From contig CAWJBB010000041.1 in the NCBI GenBank assembly GCA_963840855.1, forward strand, positions 192,001 to 256,000: DNA of 64,000 nt. Reading direction: 5' to 3'. This DNA is from an uncultured delta proteobacterium (GTDB taxonomy: Bacteria > Desulfobacterota > Binatia > UBA9968). Position numbers and translations under genes: made by a program. The notes beneath the pieces are model-generated. The model saw nothing but the letters and a program-made list of their open reading frames with translations, was not told the DNA's origin and ran no database searches. Positions 11,563 to 21,439 of the stretch are shown one piece after another; positions within the stretch are counted from its first letter, which is position 1; each line of letters starts with the position of its first letter.

Positions 11563-12201
11563 CTAGGACTTCTTCTTGGGCAGCATCTCGGCGGGTATTT
11601 GGCGCGGGCCGATACTCTCGTGGTATTTATTGGTCTCCAGATCATACCTGCCGTGAAGGTTGGACGGTATGCCGTCCTTGGCGCTGCGGATGATCACGGC
11701 AGCCGTTCGCTCGCCGACATTCACCTCGATGTGGATGTCGCCCGGCTTCGCCAGATGGATATCCCCGGCTGCGGCCACGTAATCGGCGGTCTTTCTCACT
11801 TCGGCGTACTCGGGTCTGGTTCCATCATCAACGCGTTCGTACTGCACAATCCGCTCGTGCCCGTCCAGCAGCCCATAGGCGGTATAGATGCGCCCATGAT
11901 CGTGCGCGTGCTTTGGCTCGGTCTGGCGCCGGCCGCCCTCATGGATCTGGCCGTTCACGACAAACCCATAGTCGGGATCTTCGTAGAAGAGCAGGTTACC
12001 GCCGCGGCGCTCGCCCGAGCTCGGAATCGAACTGGGAACCGGCCACTGTCGCGAGGCCTCCCGCACCTCCGGATCCGCCAGCAGCTCCGCCAGGATCGGC
12101 CGCAACGCGACCCAGCGTTTATCCACGTCGGGCTCGCGCGCGAATAGCTCCCGCGTCTTGCTGACGAATCGTTCCAAAGCATCCTGGCCTCTGGTTTCCA
12201 T
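11563..12201 (-). CDS. Hypothetical cupin-fold protein (cysteine dioxygenase-like)
   Basis: LLFYEDPDYGFVVN, HDHG...YG...GHE, PGDIH metal-ligand pattern. Confidence 0.7.
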   Translation of the reverse strand: METRGQDALERFVSKTRELFAREPDVDKRWVALRPILAELLADPEVREASRQWPVPSSIPSSGERRGGNLLFYEDPDYGFVVNGQIHEGGRRQTEPKHAHDHGRIYTAYGLLDGHERIVQYERVDDGTRPEYAEVRKTADYVAAAGDIHLAKPGDIHIEVNVGERTAAVIIRSAKDGIPSNLHGRYDLETNKYHESIGPRQIPAEMLPKKKS

Positions 12202-12230
12202 GACTGAATCTCCTCCCTGTTGAAGTGGAT

Positions 12231-13414
12231 CTAAGCCTGTGGCTGCCCGTTCGCTTGGCCGGCGTTAACCGCCGGGGCGTCGCTGACGTTATAGAAACGA
12301 GCGCAGTTATCCCACAGGATCTTCCGTTTGTCCTCGTCCGAAAACGGTAGCTTGAGAAAGCTCTCCGTGGCATGCGGATAGCGCGAGTCGCCGTGGGGAT
12401 AGTCGGTCGAATAAACCAGGTTGTCGTTGCCGAGAAAGTCGATCGTGTAGCGCGCCGGGGTTTCGTCCGGCTCGACCGACGCGACGCACTGGCGTTTGAA
12501 GTACGCGCTCGGCGCATGGTCAGCTCGCTCATGTCGAGATCACCTTCCAACTCGTAAGCTTCGTCGAGGCGCCACAAGAGCCACGGCAGCCACGAGCAGT
12601 TGGCCTCGAGAAACGCGACCTTCAAGGTCGGGTGCCGCTCGAGGATACCGCCGCCCAGAAAGCTGCCGACGCCGAACATCTGCCCGATGGGCTGGCCGTA
12701 GGCGCGCTGCATCCCCGACGGCGAGCCGAACCAGAACCTTGTCAGTTGCGGGACGCTCGATGCTGTCGCCTGATGAAGTCCGAGCGGGATCTGCAGCCCC
12801 TCCAATGCATCCCAGAGCGGCTCGTAGTACGTGTCGTGCCAGGCTTTGCCATTTACGATATTGGATCTAAGAAAGACCGCCTTGAAACCCAGCTCTTCGA
12901 CCACCCGGTGCGCTTCCGCGACCGCGTCGTTGATGTCATACACCGAGATCATGCCGGCGCCGAGCATACGCCGCGGATCGGTTTGGCAGAGGCCGTGGAG
13001 CCAGTCGTTGTACGCGCGCGCGATCGCCGCGGCAAAGCGGGCATCCGCGACGCGGGCGCCGCCGTCCGGCCCGACCAGCACGTTCAAGCCCCGGCTCGGG
13101 AACATCACCGCGACATCGAGTCCTTCCACATCCATCGCCTCGAGCTGGACCTCGCCGCTCCAACCGCGCGCGGCGTCGCCGCGGTACAGTGCCTGGTTGC
13201 GCTCGTAGTTACGGCCCTGCCGCGTCCTTCTCCGGATCGGCGGGCCATTGACATTCTGGTCCAGGAAGGTGATGCGTAGGTCGCGCACATTTTCGGACAA
13301 GACACCCCGCGGCGCGATCGCGCGGAACTCCGCGGCAATATAGCGCTCCCACAGATCGGGAGGCTCCATGACGTGCATGTCGCTGTCGAAAACTCTAAAT
13401 CCATTCTTGGCCAC
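12231..13414 (-). CDS. Amidohydrolase_2 family protein (frameshift near 12510)
   Basis: DSDMHVMEP, AYNDWL, FLEANCSWLP; the C-terminal STDYPH..ILWDN is in another frame. Confidence 0.82.
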
Positions 13415-13420
13415 TTAGTT

Positions 13421-13683
13421 TTACCCTCCTTTCCTGCGCGCTGCTGCAAACCAGTTCGCCAGATGCACCGGTTTGCGCGGTATCCGGCTTTGGGACCGCC
13501 TTTTTGCGAAACCAAATAGTCTTCGACATAGGCCAGAGGGTCCACCATGCGATGCTGCCAGGCGCCGACGAGTCGATCCATTTTCATCGCCTCCGGCAAG
13601 GTGAGATTCGCTCCCATCTGCACCGCGATCTTGGCGGAGGCGAGCGCCGCCTGTGCAAAGCCGCCGCAGCTCAATGATGCCAT
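13421..13683 (-). pseudogene. C-terminal remnant of a crotonase/enoyl-CoA hydratase-like gene
   Basis: ALASAKIAVQMG...YLVSQKGGP resembles crotonase-family C-termini; no N-terminal part is visible. Confidence 0.35.
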
Positions 13684-13945
13684 GCGTCGTTAAGTCGCGA
13701 AAAAGGTTCACGTCCTTTCCTCCTCCACTGCCTTGAACCTGATGGGTGACTGGTCCGGACAAGTCCAACACCGACTGATTGAAAACACAGGCGCGTAACT
13801 TAGAGATCCTGACAAGAGAGCTGAGCGAGAGGGAATAAAGCAATTTATTTCCTACAAAATATCGTTGCCTCTTGATTTGCTTCTAATCGGCGCCCGCGTC
13901 TTGGTGCCAGTCACGAGCATGGATGCCAGGCTCTGGCCGGCGGCC

Positions 13946-15106
13946 TCATTGCTTCAGCCGTGGGCAGAAGCGCAGGGCGTTCGCACTCAGGATGTTGGTC
14001 TTCGCGTGCTCGGAGATTTTCTGCTCCTTGATGTTGGGGACGCCGTCGGGCCAGCAGGTCCCCCCGTGGGGGTAATCCGTGGCGAAAAGAAATAAGTGGT
14101 CGCCTAGCGCCTCGACGGCGTATGCGATGTGCTCCTCGTCCGACTCGATCGAGCAGAAAAGTTGGCCCGAAGCCAGGATCTCCGAAGGCTTCCGCTTCAA
14201 AAACGGCGTCTCGTAGGAGCGCGGCTTGTAGCTCCCCTCGAATTTCTCGAACATGTAGGGCATCCAGCCGCCGAATGCTTCGAAGATGCCTATCCGCAGC
14301 TTCGGGAAGAGGTCGAAGACACCGCCGCCAATGAGACCCGCAAGGGCGTACTGGCCGCCCCAGCTGTGGTAGATCGAGTTCGGCGCATTGACCCAGGGGG
14401 TAAGGGGCGGGCGCTTGAACCCGCCATGGACCCACACAGGCAGATCGAGTTCTTGGGCCAACCCGAAGATTGGCCGCAGCCGCGGGTGGTCAAGCATGGC
14501 CCCGTCGGGGCAGGCCCGCGGGACGAACGGTCCCACGTAATGCCTGTCGTTCGTCGCCCAGTAGTTGATCTGGCTAAGCGTCTCCTCGATGTCGCGCAAG
14601 TTGGAGTTGCTGACCCAGCGCAGCCGTCCCTCGGATCCGGAACAGTAGCCGGACATGAAGCGATGGTACGCCCGCTGCAGCGCGCTCTCGAACCCGATGT
14701 CGTCCAACATGCAGTAGCCGTCGGACTGGCTGGAGAACATCACGCTGATTTCGATACCCGCCGTGGTCATGTCTTTCAGGCGCGGGGCGGGATTCCAATG
14801 GCAAGATGGATCGATCTCCCGGCCGGTATTGCTGACCTCGCGGCCGGGCCCGCCCGGGCGCTCCTCCCGCGGCGGCGCGTCAAAGGCGTCGTAGATGCCC
14901 ATTGGGTGGCCGGGCAGCCGCGGCCAGAGCACTTCGCCGAGGCCGACGTCACCGGTCCGCTTCTGGTTGGCTTTGACTGCCGCGCTGAAGCGCGCGTATT
15001 TGTCACGATACTCGGGGTCGATGTTGCCCTTGTAGGTCTTGTCGAGGGCCCAGTACTCGCGGATGTGGGAATCCGCGTCGATCACGATGTGGTCGTTGAA
15101 AGCCAT
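13946..15106 (-). CDS. Amidohydrolase_2 family protein
   Basis: IDADSHIRE, VWVHG, FEAFGGW, FATDYPH, ILSANA. Confidence 0.9.
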   Translation of the reverse strand: MAFNDHIVIDADSHIREYWALDKTYKGNIDPEYRDKYARFSAAVKANQKRTGDVGLGEVLWPRLPGHPMGIYDAFDAPPREERPGGPGREVSNTGREIDPSCHWNPAPRLKDMTTAGIEISVMFSSQSDGYCMLDDIGFESALQRAYHRFMSGYCSGSEGRLRWVSNSNLRDIEETLSQINYWATNDRHYVGPFVPRACPDGAMLDHPRLRPIFGLAQELDLPVWVHGGFKRPPLTPWVNAPNSIYHSWGGQYALAGLIGGGVFDLFPKLRIGIFEAFGGWMPYMFEKFEGSYKPRSYETPFLKRKPSEILASGQLFCSIESDEEHIAYAVEALGDHLFLFATDYPHGGTCWPDGVPNIKEQKISEHAKTNILSANALRFCPRLKQ

Positions 15107-15109
15107 AAG

Positions 15110-16297
15110 CTAACTCCGCTCTTTTCTGTCAGGACGCGGGATGCCGAGAAGCTGAAGAATGTTGTCTGCCTGCATCTTGCGCCGCTCGTCGGCCGGAACC
15201 CCACCCATCTGCCGGTCCAGCACCTCGCGCGAGCGCGGCCAGTACGTAACCACGTGGGGGAAGTCGCTGCCCCAGATAATGTGGTCCACCCCGACCTCGT
15301 GGCGCAGCTTGATGCCGATAGGGTCGTCGTAGAAGCCCCAGTAGGCATGCTCCTTGATGTACTCGCTGGGGCGCCGCTCAAGCCGACGGATGCCGAAGTG
15401 CCGCTCGGCCCAGAAGTGATTCTTGTCGTACTCGGCATCCATCTGTTCGAGGTAAAACGAGATCCAGCCGACGTTGTTCTCGGCCCAGTAGATTTTGAGC
15501 TTGGGGAAGCGGTTCCACACGCCGGCAAAGAGCATCTGGCAGGCCGTTAGCGACCCGCAGCGCGACGGGTTGGCGTGCCGGTAGAGCCGATTGATGAAAT
15601 CGTCTTCGCCGTTCCAGTCGACGGGCTGCTTCGGGTAGTCGAAGATTTTGCCGTCGCTGCCGAAAGATATCGTCGTATGGATTGTGAGCGGCACCTCAAG
15701 ATCGATGGCCGCGGCCCAGAAGCGATCGTCCTCCGGAGTGGGGTAAGGTTTACCGGAAGGGAAGCTTTTAAGAGCGGTGGCACGGATCCCGGTGCGCTTG
15801 GACCGCTCTAGCTCGGCAATCTTGGTGTCGATGTCGCCGGCGGGGAGCATCGCCACGCCGAAGAGTCGGTCCGGGAAAGCGGCGCAATAGTCGGCGAGGT
15901 AGTCGTTGTACGCCCGCACCATCGCGAGATATGCCTCCTGGTCCTTGACTCGCATGCCGTGGGTGGCTGACGTTCCCGGGAAGAGCAGCTCGGCGTCGAC
16001 GCCGTCCTGGTCCTGCTCGCGCACGCGCTGCTCGGGCGAGCCGGATCCGATGGCCGTTGCGTACTCGAATCCAACCATGGGATCGAAGTCTTCAGGCGTG
16101 TGGCCCGCGTAGCTGCCGGTGCCGCCGAAATACTGCGAGCCTTCGGCGGAGACGATGACTTCGCCGCCCGTGGCGAGCTTGACGCGCTTGGGAGTCAGGT
16201 CACGGAACTTTTTCGGAACGCGGTCGGTCCAGAAATCCGCGGGGACCTGCAGGTGGCTATCTCCCGATACCATGCGATAAGTGCGGACCAGATGCAT
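15110..16297 (-). CDS. Amidohydrolase_2 family protein
   Basis: SGDSHL, QDQDGVDAELLFP, AYNDYL, AENNVGW, WGSDFPH. Confidence 0.9.
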   Translation of the reverse strand: MHLVRTYRMVSGDSHLQVPADFWTDRVPKKFRDLTPKRVKLATGGEVIVSAEGSQYFGGTGSYAGHTPEDFDPMVGFEYATAIGSGSPEQRVREQDQDGVDAELLFPGTSATHGMRVKDQEAYLAMVRAYNDYLADYCAAFPDRLFGVAMLPAGDIDTKIAELERSKRTGIRATALKSFPSGKPYPTPEDDRFWAAAIDLEVPLTIHTTISFGSDGKIFDYPKQPVDWNGEDDFINRLYRHANPSRCGSLTACQMLFAGVWNRFPKLKIYWAENNVGWISFYLEQMDAEYDKNHFWAERHFGIRRLERRPSEYIKEHAYWGFYDDPIGIKLRHEVGVDHIIWGSDFPHVVTYWPRSREVLDRQMGGVPADERRKMQADNILQLLGIPRPDRKERS

Positions 16298-16458
16298 ACT
16301 CCTCGTAACGATAGCAGGAAGTTCCTTTTGAGGTCAGCGGCACGGGAAATCAGAATTTAGTGCCAGCTCGGGATCGAGAGCTCCCAATAAGGGAACTGGC
16401 CCCGCTCCCTTTCTACGGGCGCGAGAATATCCGATAAATCGGACGTCTGTCAAATAAT

Positions 16459-17019
16459 TTGCCGGTTGTTGCCGCAGCCCGCCGATCGGTAGGGTTCGAT
16501 CCACTGAAGTGGATGTACAACGAGGAGCGCCGCGGCTACGACTTCGTGGAGCAGGAGCTGCTCGAGCGGTCGATCGTCCCGTCCCGGCGAACGCCGAAGC
16601 GCTCCAGCTCGCCAAGGTCTCAAGCTCGACTTCGAGCCCATCAAGCAATGGGCGATCCAAGCCTCGATTACTGGAGCGAAGTGAACGGGGTGTATGTCCC
16701 GCGCTCCATCCTCGAAAACGCCGCCAAGATCGGAGACGGCGAACGGGTGTTCATTCTTTTTCCGAAGAACCATCTCGACAGCATCCTGACCAGTTCGGCG
16801 AAATCGGAAAAAACAGAACCGGTTCCTGAGGCTTCCGCCGCGATTCAGTGGCCGACGGAACCGCGCTCGGCGCTCGACAAAATCCGCGACGCAATCAAGG
16901 ATTTGGCTGGCGCGATCTCCAAAGACAAGCGCGCCGACACTCCGGCTGAACCGGAGAAGAAAGAGGCCAACGAAGGCGCGGTGCTCGTTCTCTCCGAAGA
17001 TGAGGAAAAGAGCGAGTGA
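16459..17019 (+). CDS. Hypothetical protein (start uncertain, possibly a fragment)
   Basis: Coding-like ORF with a charged C-terminus; no recognisable motif. Confidence 0.35.
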   Translation: MPVVAAARRSVGFDPLKWMYNEERRGYDFVEQELLERSIVPSRRTPKRSSSPRSQARLRAHQAMGDPSLDYWSEVNGVYVPRSILENAAKIGDGERVFILFPKNHLDSILTSSAKSEKTEPVPEASAAIQWPTEPRSALDKIRDAIKDLAGAISKDKRADTPAEPEKKEANEGAVLVLSEDEEKSE

Positions 17020-17120
17020 TCTAGGAAGAGGGGTGGATGTCGGCTGAGCGAGAACAGAAACAAGCGGTTATCGAACTGGCAGCATTGCACCGCACCGAGG
17101 GCGCCAGCGGTTAAACCTAC

Positions 17121-17186
17121 GATTGAACTGTATTCTCCTACGACCTAATCCTACAAGACGGGACTGAGGCGTCGATCAGTTCAATC
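17121..17186 (+). repeat. Palindromic element copy F (upstream of SBP gene 4)
   Basis: Perfect 10-bp terminal inverted repeat GATTGAACTG / CAGTTCAATC; 66 bp long. Confidence 0.88.
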
Positions 17187-17295
17187 TCAAGCTAAAAATC
17201 TGGTTTTTCCACTCGACGAATGCCTTTCGCCTTCTGTCGTAAATCTCCGTTTCCTCTAGTAAGGTCCGCGTGATACATAACGAACCGTGTGTGTA

Positions 17296-18282
17296 ATGAG
17301 GAAAGCTGCAGTCTTATCAATCTTGTTTGTGGTGGTACTGCTTGATGTTGCAGTCATAGCCGAGGCGCAGCCGCAGGCAAAGGTTTCTAAGATTGGGTGG
17401 CTCTCAGCCCGTCCCGCTTCAAACAGAATTGTCGGGCAAGAGGTACTCGTGCGCATGCTCCGTGATCTCGGCTATGTTGAAGGCAAGAACATCGCTTTCG
17501 AGTATCGATATGCGAATAATAAACTCGACCGGTTTCCCGCCCTGGCCGATGAGTTGGTTCGTCTTAAAGTTGACGTTCTCCTCACGCCTGGGACCCCTGG
17601 CGCCCTAGCCCTCAAGAACGCTACCAAAACGATCCCCATCGTTTTTACAGATGTGACTGATCCTGTTGCGGCTGGGCTGGTTGCTAGCTTAGCGCGGCCT
17701 GGGGGAAACATCACTGGGTTCAGCAGCATAGAGGCGGTGTTGGCGGGCAAACGGCTGGAGTTACTCAAGGAAGCCGTTCCCAAGATTTCACGCGTTGCCG
17801 TGTTGTGGAATCCGCATGATCCAAGCTCCGCGCAGCAATGGAAAGAAAGCCAACTGGCGGCACGAGAACTGGGTCTGCAACTTCACTCCATGGAGGTCAG
17901 CAGCGCCGATCAATTCGAGAGCGCGTTCAAGGAGGCAAATCAAGTCCGCAGCTCTGCGCTCTTCGTGGTATCGAGCGCGTTGGCCGTTGCTAATCAAAAA
18001 CGGATCGCGGACCTAGCGATAAAAAATCGGTTGCCGGCGATATACACTCGCGGAGATCTTGTTGACAGCGGTGGCTTGATGTCCTACGGACCCGACCAAG
18101 CCGAACGCTTCAGGCGTGTCGCGGTTATGGTCGACAAGATTCTCAAAGGAACCAAGCCCGCCGACATTCCTGTCGAACAACCGACGAAGTTTGAGTTCGT
18201 GATCAACTTAAAAACGGCGAAGCAGATCGGCCTGACGATCCCACCCAACGTGCTGGCGCGGGCCGGTAAGGTGATCAAATGA
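17296..18282 (+). CDS. ABC transporter substrate-binding protein, paralogue 4
   Basis: Signal peptide AEA-QP; LARPGGNITG, KRLELLKE, PVEQPTKFEFVINLKTAK. Confidence 0.93.
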   Translation: MRKAAVLSILFVVVLLDVAVIAEAQPQAKVSKIGWLSARPASNRIVGQEVLVRMLRDLGYVEGKNIAFEYRYANNKLDRFPALADELVRLKVDVLLTPGTPGALALKNATKTIPIVFTDVTDPVAAGLVASLARPGGNITGFSSIEAVLAGKRLELLKEAVPKISRVAVLWNPHDPSSAQQWKESQLAARELGLQLHSMEVSSADQFESAFKEANQVRSSALFVVSSALAVANQKRIADLAIKNRLPAIYTRGDLVDSGGLMSYGPDQAERFRRVAVMVDKILKGTKPADIPVEQPTKFEFVINLKTAKQIGLTIPPNVLARAGKVIK

Positions 18283-18306
18283 TCGAAGAAAACCCAGCAG
18301 CGATGC

Positions 18307-18378
18307 CAGGATTGAACTGATTTCTCCGACGACTCAATCCTGTGAGAATTGTCCGTTGCGTCGTTCAATTCAGTCCTG
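18307..18378 (+). repeat. Palindromic element copy G (downstream of SBP gene 4)
   Basis: CAGGATTGAACTGA...TCAATTCAGTCCTG (12 of 14 positions inverted-complementary); core nearly identical to copy A. Confidence 0.88.
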
Positions 18379-18625
18379 CGGTAGAATCTTGGTCCCTGAT
18401 GAGTGATCGCTTTTGGGACCCGAGCAGAGGATTGGAAATCCTCTGCTCTTGTCATTCGATTACGAGTGTCCGTCCTCGCCCTGTCGCTTTGAGGTGGGGG
18501 GAGATGAGAAAAGCGAACTATGTACGAAGCCAAGAGTCTAAATCTACATAAGAACAACAAGAATTAAAAATTTATCAAATATTCGTAACAAGGAGTTAAC
18601 TTGACGCAGGTCATTAGCGTGGTAA

Positions 18626-19625
18626 TGCTTATACGGTTGTTTCAGCAAACCCCAATAGGTTGTGTTTACCCATGAGCGGAAGTTTTTGCCAAATCCAGAG
18701 CACCTCGAATGCGGCCGTAGGCCGTGGACCGCTGTTGTGTTCCCAGTCCGAGCAAAGTCTGAAAAGCCGCCATGGGTTGGTTACGCCGATTATGGCGAAA
18801 AACGAACTCATCGAGGTAAACTTGGAGTTGCGCGCGGCTGACACCGTGGTAGGTGCCGATCAACCACTGCTGAAGGTTGCCGATAGCACGGTCGGCCAAG
18901 GGCACTGCCGATTTGGCTCCCTTGCGCAATTCGGTTGTCTTCGGCTGCGCCCGCGCGATGTGCCGATACCCAACTTTGTCCAAACCCGTGAAACTCTTCA
19001 GAGCATCGGTGTAAATCGTCGAGCCCGCAGCGATATGCTGCTGGATAAAGCAACTGAGCGTGGCTGCCTTAAAGTCTGGGATCACAGCCATTCGCAGTCG
19101 CCCCGACGCCTTGCCGCGTTTCTCAACGGCCACCAAGACAAGAGCGGCTCGACGCCCCTTAAGTTGACGACTGCCGCGCAAGCCCGCCTGGGGGCCGCCA
19201 ATCCAAGCTTCATCGATCTCCACTTCTCCACGCAGAGGCTCGCGTGCCACGTTGATCATCGCTCGGCGCAGCTTGTGGAGCATCATCCAGGCCGTTTCGT
19301 AGCGGCGCAATTCCAGCTGACGCTGGAGCAAGAGCGCCGAAATCCCACGTTTATCCGTTGTCATCAAGTACGCCGCCCAAAACCACAACAACGATACTCT
19401 CGTATTGTGGAGAATGGTCCCCGATGTCAGAGACACCTGATGTCGGCACCCCGCGCACTGCCAGAGTCGCGTCATGACATACGCATGCTGGTTCCCACAG
19501 CGAGGACACTTAAATCCATCAGGCCAACGACAGGCGGCCAGATACTGCTGACAGGCCTCTTCGCTGGCGAACTGCCGCTGGAATCTCGCGAACTGGGAAC
19601 GGAGGCCAGCGCTATACCCGTACAT
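18626..19625 (-). mobile_element. IS1595-family insertion sequence; transposase ORF 18666-19625 with a damaged 5' end
   Basis: N-terminal Zn ribbon (WPDGFKCPRCG, WQCAGCRHQVSLTSGT); DDE-type motifs VEIDEAWIGG, IYTD, YLDEFVFRHNRR. Confidence 0.88.
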
Positions 19626-19937
19626 AGAACAACAGAATTAAATAATGTGTCAAATATGCGAAACAAGTATTAATTGACGGTCATTAGCGTGGTAGCATAA
19701 CTGTAGAAATTGCATCATTGCCCGTGGCTGCTGTGCATGCACTTCTTGGTAGAGTCGCAGCCGATGAAGCCGTCGAGAATTTTCCTGTCATCCAGATTTT
19801 CCACTGCGCCTCATCTCATTCATTTCCTCGCGATTCAGCAACTGGTGGTTCACGACACTGGTCCGCCCTCGCCAATATGACCAGATTTTTCCCCTGTACT
19901 ACGGAGGCGGTGCCTCGCGAAGAACAAGAGGTCAATT

Positions 19938-20330
19938 ATGTTGAGAAAGAAAATCTTAATGGTGGTTCTGCTATTTCTCATGGCCGGCACGCTGATGGCT
20001 CAGGAGCCCGAGGTCAGGTCGCTCATCTCGAAAGATCTGAAGGACTTCCCTGGCAAAGAAGGTCTGATGATTGCAGTGGAGTACCCGCCCGGGGGGGCGG
20101 ACCCTATCCATCGGCACAATGCACATGGATTTATCTACGTACTGGAAGGCTCCGTCGTAATGCAAGTGAAGGGCGGAAAAGAAGTAACGCTGACACCAGG
20201 GCAAACCTTTTATGAAAGCCCCAACGACGTACATGTCGTCGGCCGGAACGCAAGCAATACGAAACCAGCGAAATTCCTCGTTTTCTTGGTTAAGAATAAG
20301 GGCGCTCCTGTGCTAGTGCCAGTGAAGTGA
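19938..20330 (+). CDS. Secreted cupin-domain protein
   Basis: Signal peptide; YPPGGADPIHRHNAHGFIYVLEG, FYESPNDVH. Confidence 0.88.
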   Translation: MLRKKILMVVLLFLMAGTLMAQEPEVRSLISKDLKDFPGKEGLMIAVEYPPGGADPIHRHNAHGFIYVLEGSVVMQVKGGKEVTLTPGQTFYESPNDVHVVGRNASNTKPAKFLVFLVKNKGAPVLVPVK

Positions 20331-20487
20331 CTTGGGGAGCGTCTTTCCCGCTTGCTCCCATTATCGTCGACGGAGCAATGGGAACACGCACGAGAAACGA
20401 GCAGCAATGGTTCAACAAACAGAAACTCGCCATTAAGGCACTTAAACACTCGTCCGATTGCGGGCGACTACAGAAAGGAGAGCGCAT

Positions 20488-21243
20488 ATGAAAATCGTCG
20501 TCATCGGCGGCACCGGCCTGATCGGCTCGAAGACCGTCGCCATTCTGCGCGAGGGCGGCCACGAGGTCCTCGCCGCCTCGCCCAATACCGGCGTCAACAG
20601 CATCACCGGCGAGGGCCTCAAAGAGGCCATGGCCGGCACGCAGGTGGTGATCGACCTCGCCAACTCGCCCTCTTTTGAAGATAAGGCGGTGCTGGAATTC
20701 TTCCAGACCTCCGGCCGCAACCTTCACGCGGCGGAGGCCGCAGCCGGCGTCCGGCACCATATCGCGCTCTCCATCGTCGGCACCGACCGGACGCCCGACA
20801 ATGGCTACTTCCACGCCAAGGTCGCCCAAGAGAAACTGATCGAGACCTCCGGCATCCCCTACACCATCATCCGGTCGACCCAGTTCCTAGAATTCCTCGG
20901 TGGCATCGCCGCTTCAAGTGCGGATGGAAACATGGTCAGGCTTTCGCCCGGCCTGTTCCAGCCCATCGCGGCGGACGACGTTGCTGCCATCGTCGCCGAT
21001 GTGGCGCTCGCGGCGCCGCGCAACGGCATCGTCGAGATCGCCGGCCCGGAACGAGCACCGTTCAACGAAATCGTCGCCCGCTATCTGAAGGCGGTCGGCG
21101 ACCCGCGTCAGGTCGTGAGTGACCCCGAGGCCCGATACTTCGGCGGCCGGGTCGAGGAGCGCTCGCTCGTGCCGTTGGGCGAAGCGCGCCTCGGCCGCAT
21201 CGGTTTCGACGAATGGCTCCGCCGCTCCGTAGCTCAAAGGTAA
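20488..21243 (+). CDS. NAD(P)-binding SDR/NmrA-like oxidoreductase
   Basis: MKIVVIGGTGLIG, GYFHAKVAQE, RSTQF; AGGAG RBS. Confidence 0.9.
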   Translation: MKIVVIGGTGLIGSKTVAILREGGHEVLAASPNTGVNSITGEGLKEAMAGTQVVIDLANSPSFEDKAVLEFFQTSGRNLHAAEAAAGVRHHIALSIVGTDRTPDNGYFHAKVAQEKLIETSGIPYTIIRSTQFLEFLGGIAASSADGNMVRLSPGLFQPIAADDVAAIVADVALAAPRNGIVEIAGPERAPFNEIVARYLKAVGDPRQVVSDPEARYFGGRVEERSLVPLGEARLGRIGFDEWLRRSVAQR

Positions 21244-21439
21244 GTTACCAGGCAGGGTCGACGCGCAGCTCGAGATTGCGCCGAACCGTAAGGAGTTGCC
21301 CGTCACCCTGCCAACGCTTTACCGCGAAGTTCGCTTTCGTATCCGCGAAGCGGCCGACTGTCGGAACGGATTGCTCGGTTCGGCATCTCTTCTCTCGTCC
21401 CAAAAGCTTGAAACTTTTAAGTGCTAGTTGGGTGATGAT

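Noticed and set aside
14129-15550. 473-aa plus-strand ORF and similar long shadow ORFs (e.g. 4967-5785, 53948-54604)
   Set aside because: They lie antisense to well-supported genes in GC-rich DNA and have no recognisable motifs.
2885-18282. Diversity-generating retroelement behind the SBP variation
   Set aside because: No reverse transcriptase or TR/VR pair is visible, and variation occurs at many loops with indels rather than in one adenine-specific region.
2706-18378. The 66-bp elements as a CRISPR array or canonical integron attC sites
   Set aside because: Spacing is gene-sized and copies are degenerate; no cas or intI gene is in the window; the terminal GTT required in attC is not conserved in all copies.
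21279-21384. GCCGAACCG...CGGTTCGGC inverted repeat as an attC site (also GGCTAACAAGCGGCT at ~4508 and a hairpin-like stretch upstream of the bestrophin gene)
   Set aside because: Only outer boxes or half-sites are recognisable and internal pairing is poor; IntegronFinder would be needed to support a call.
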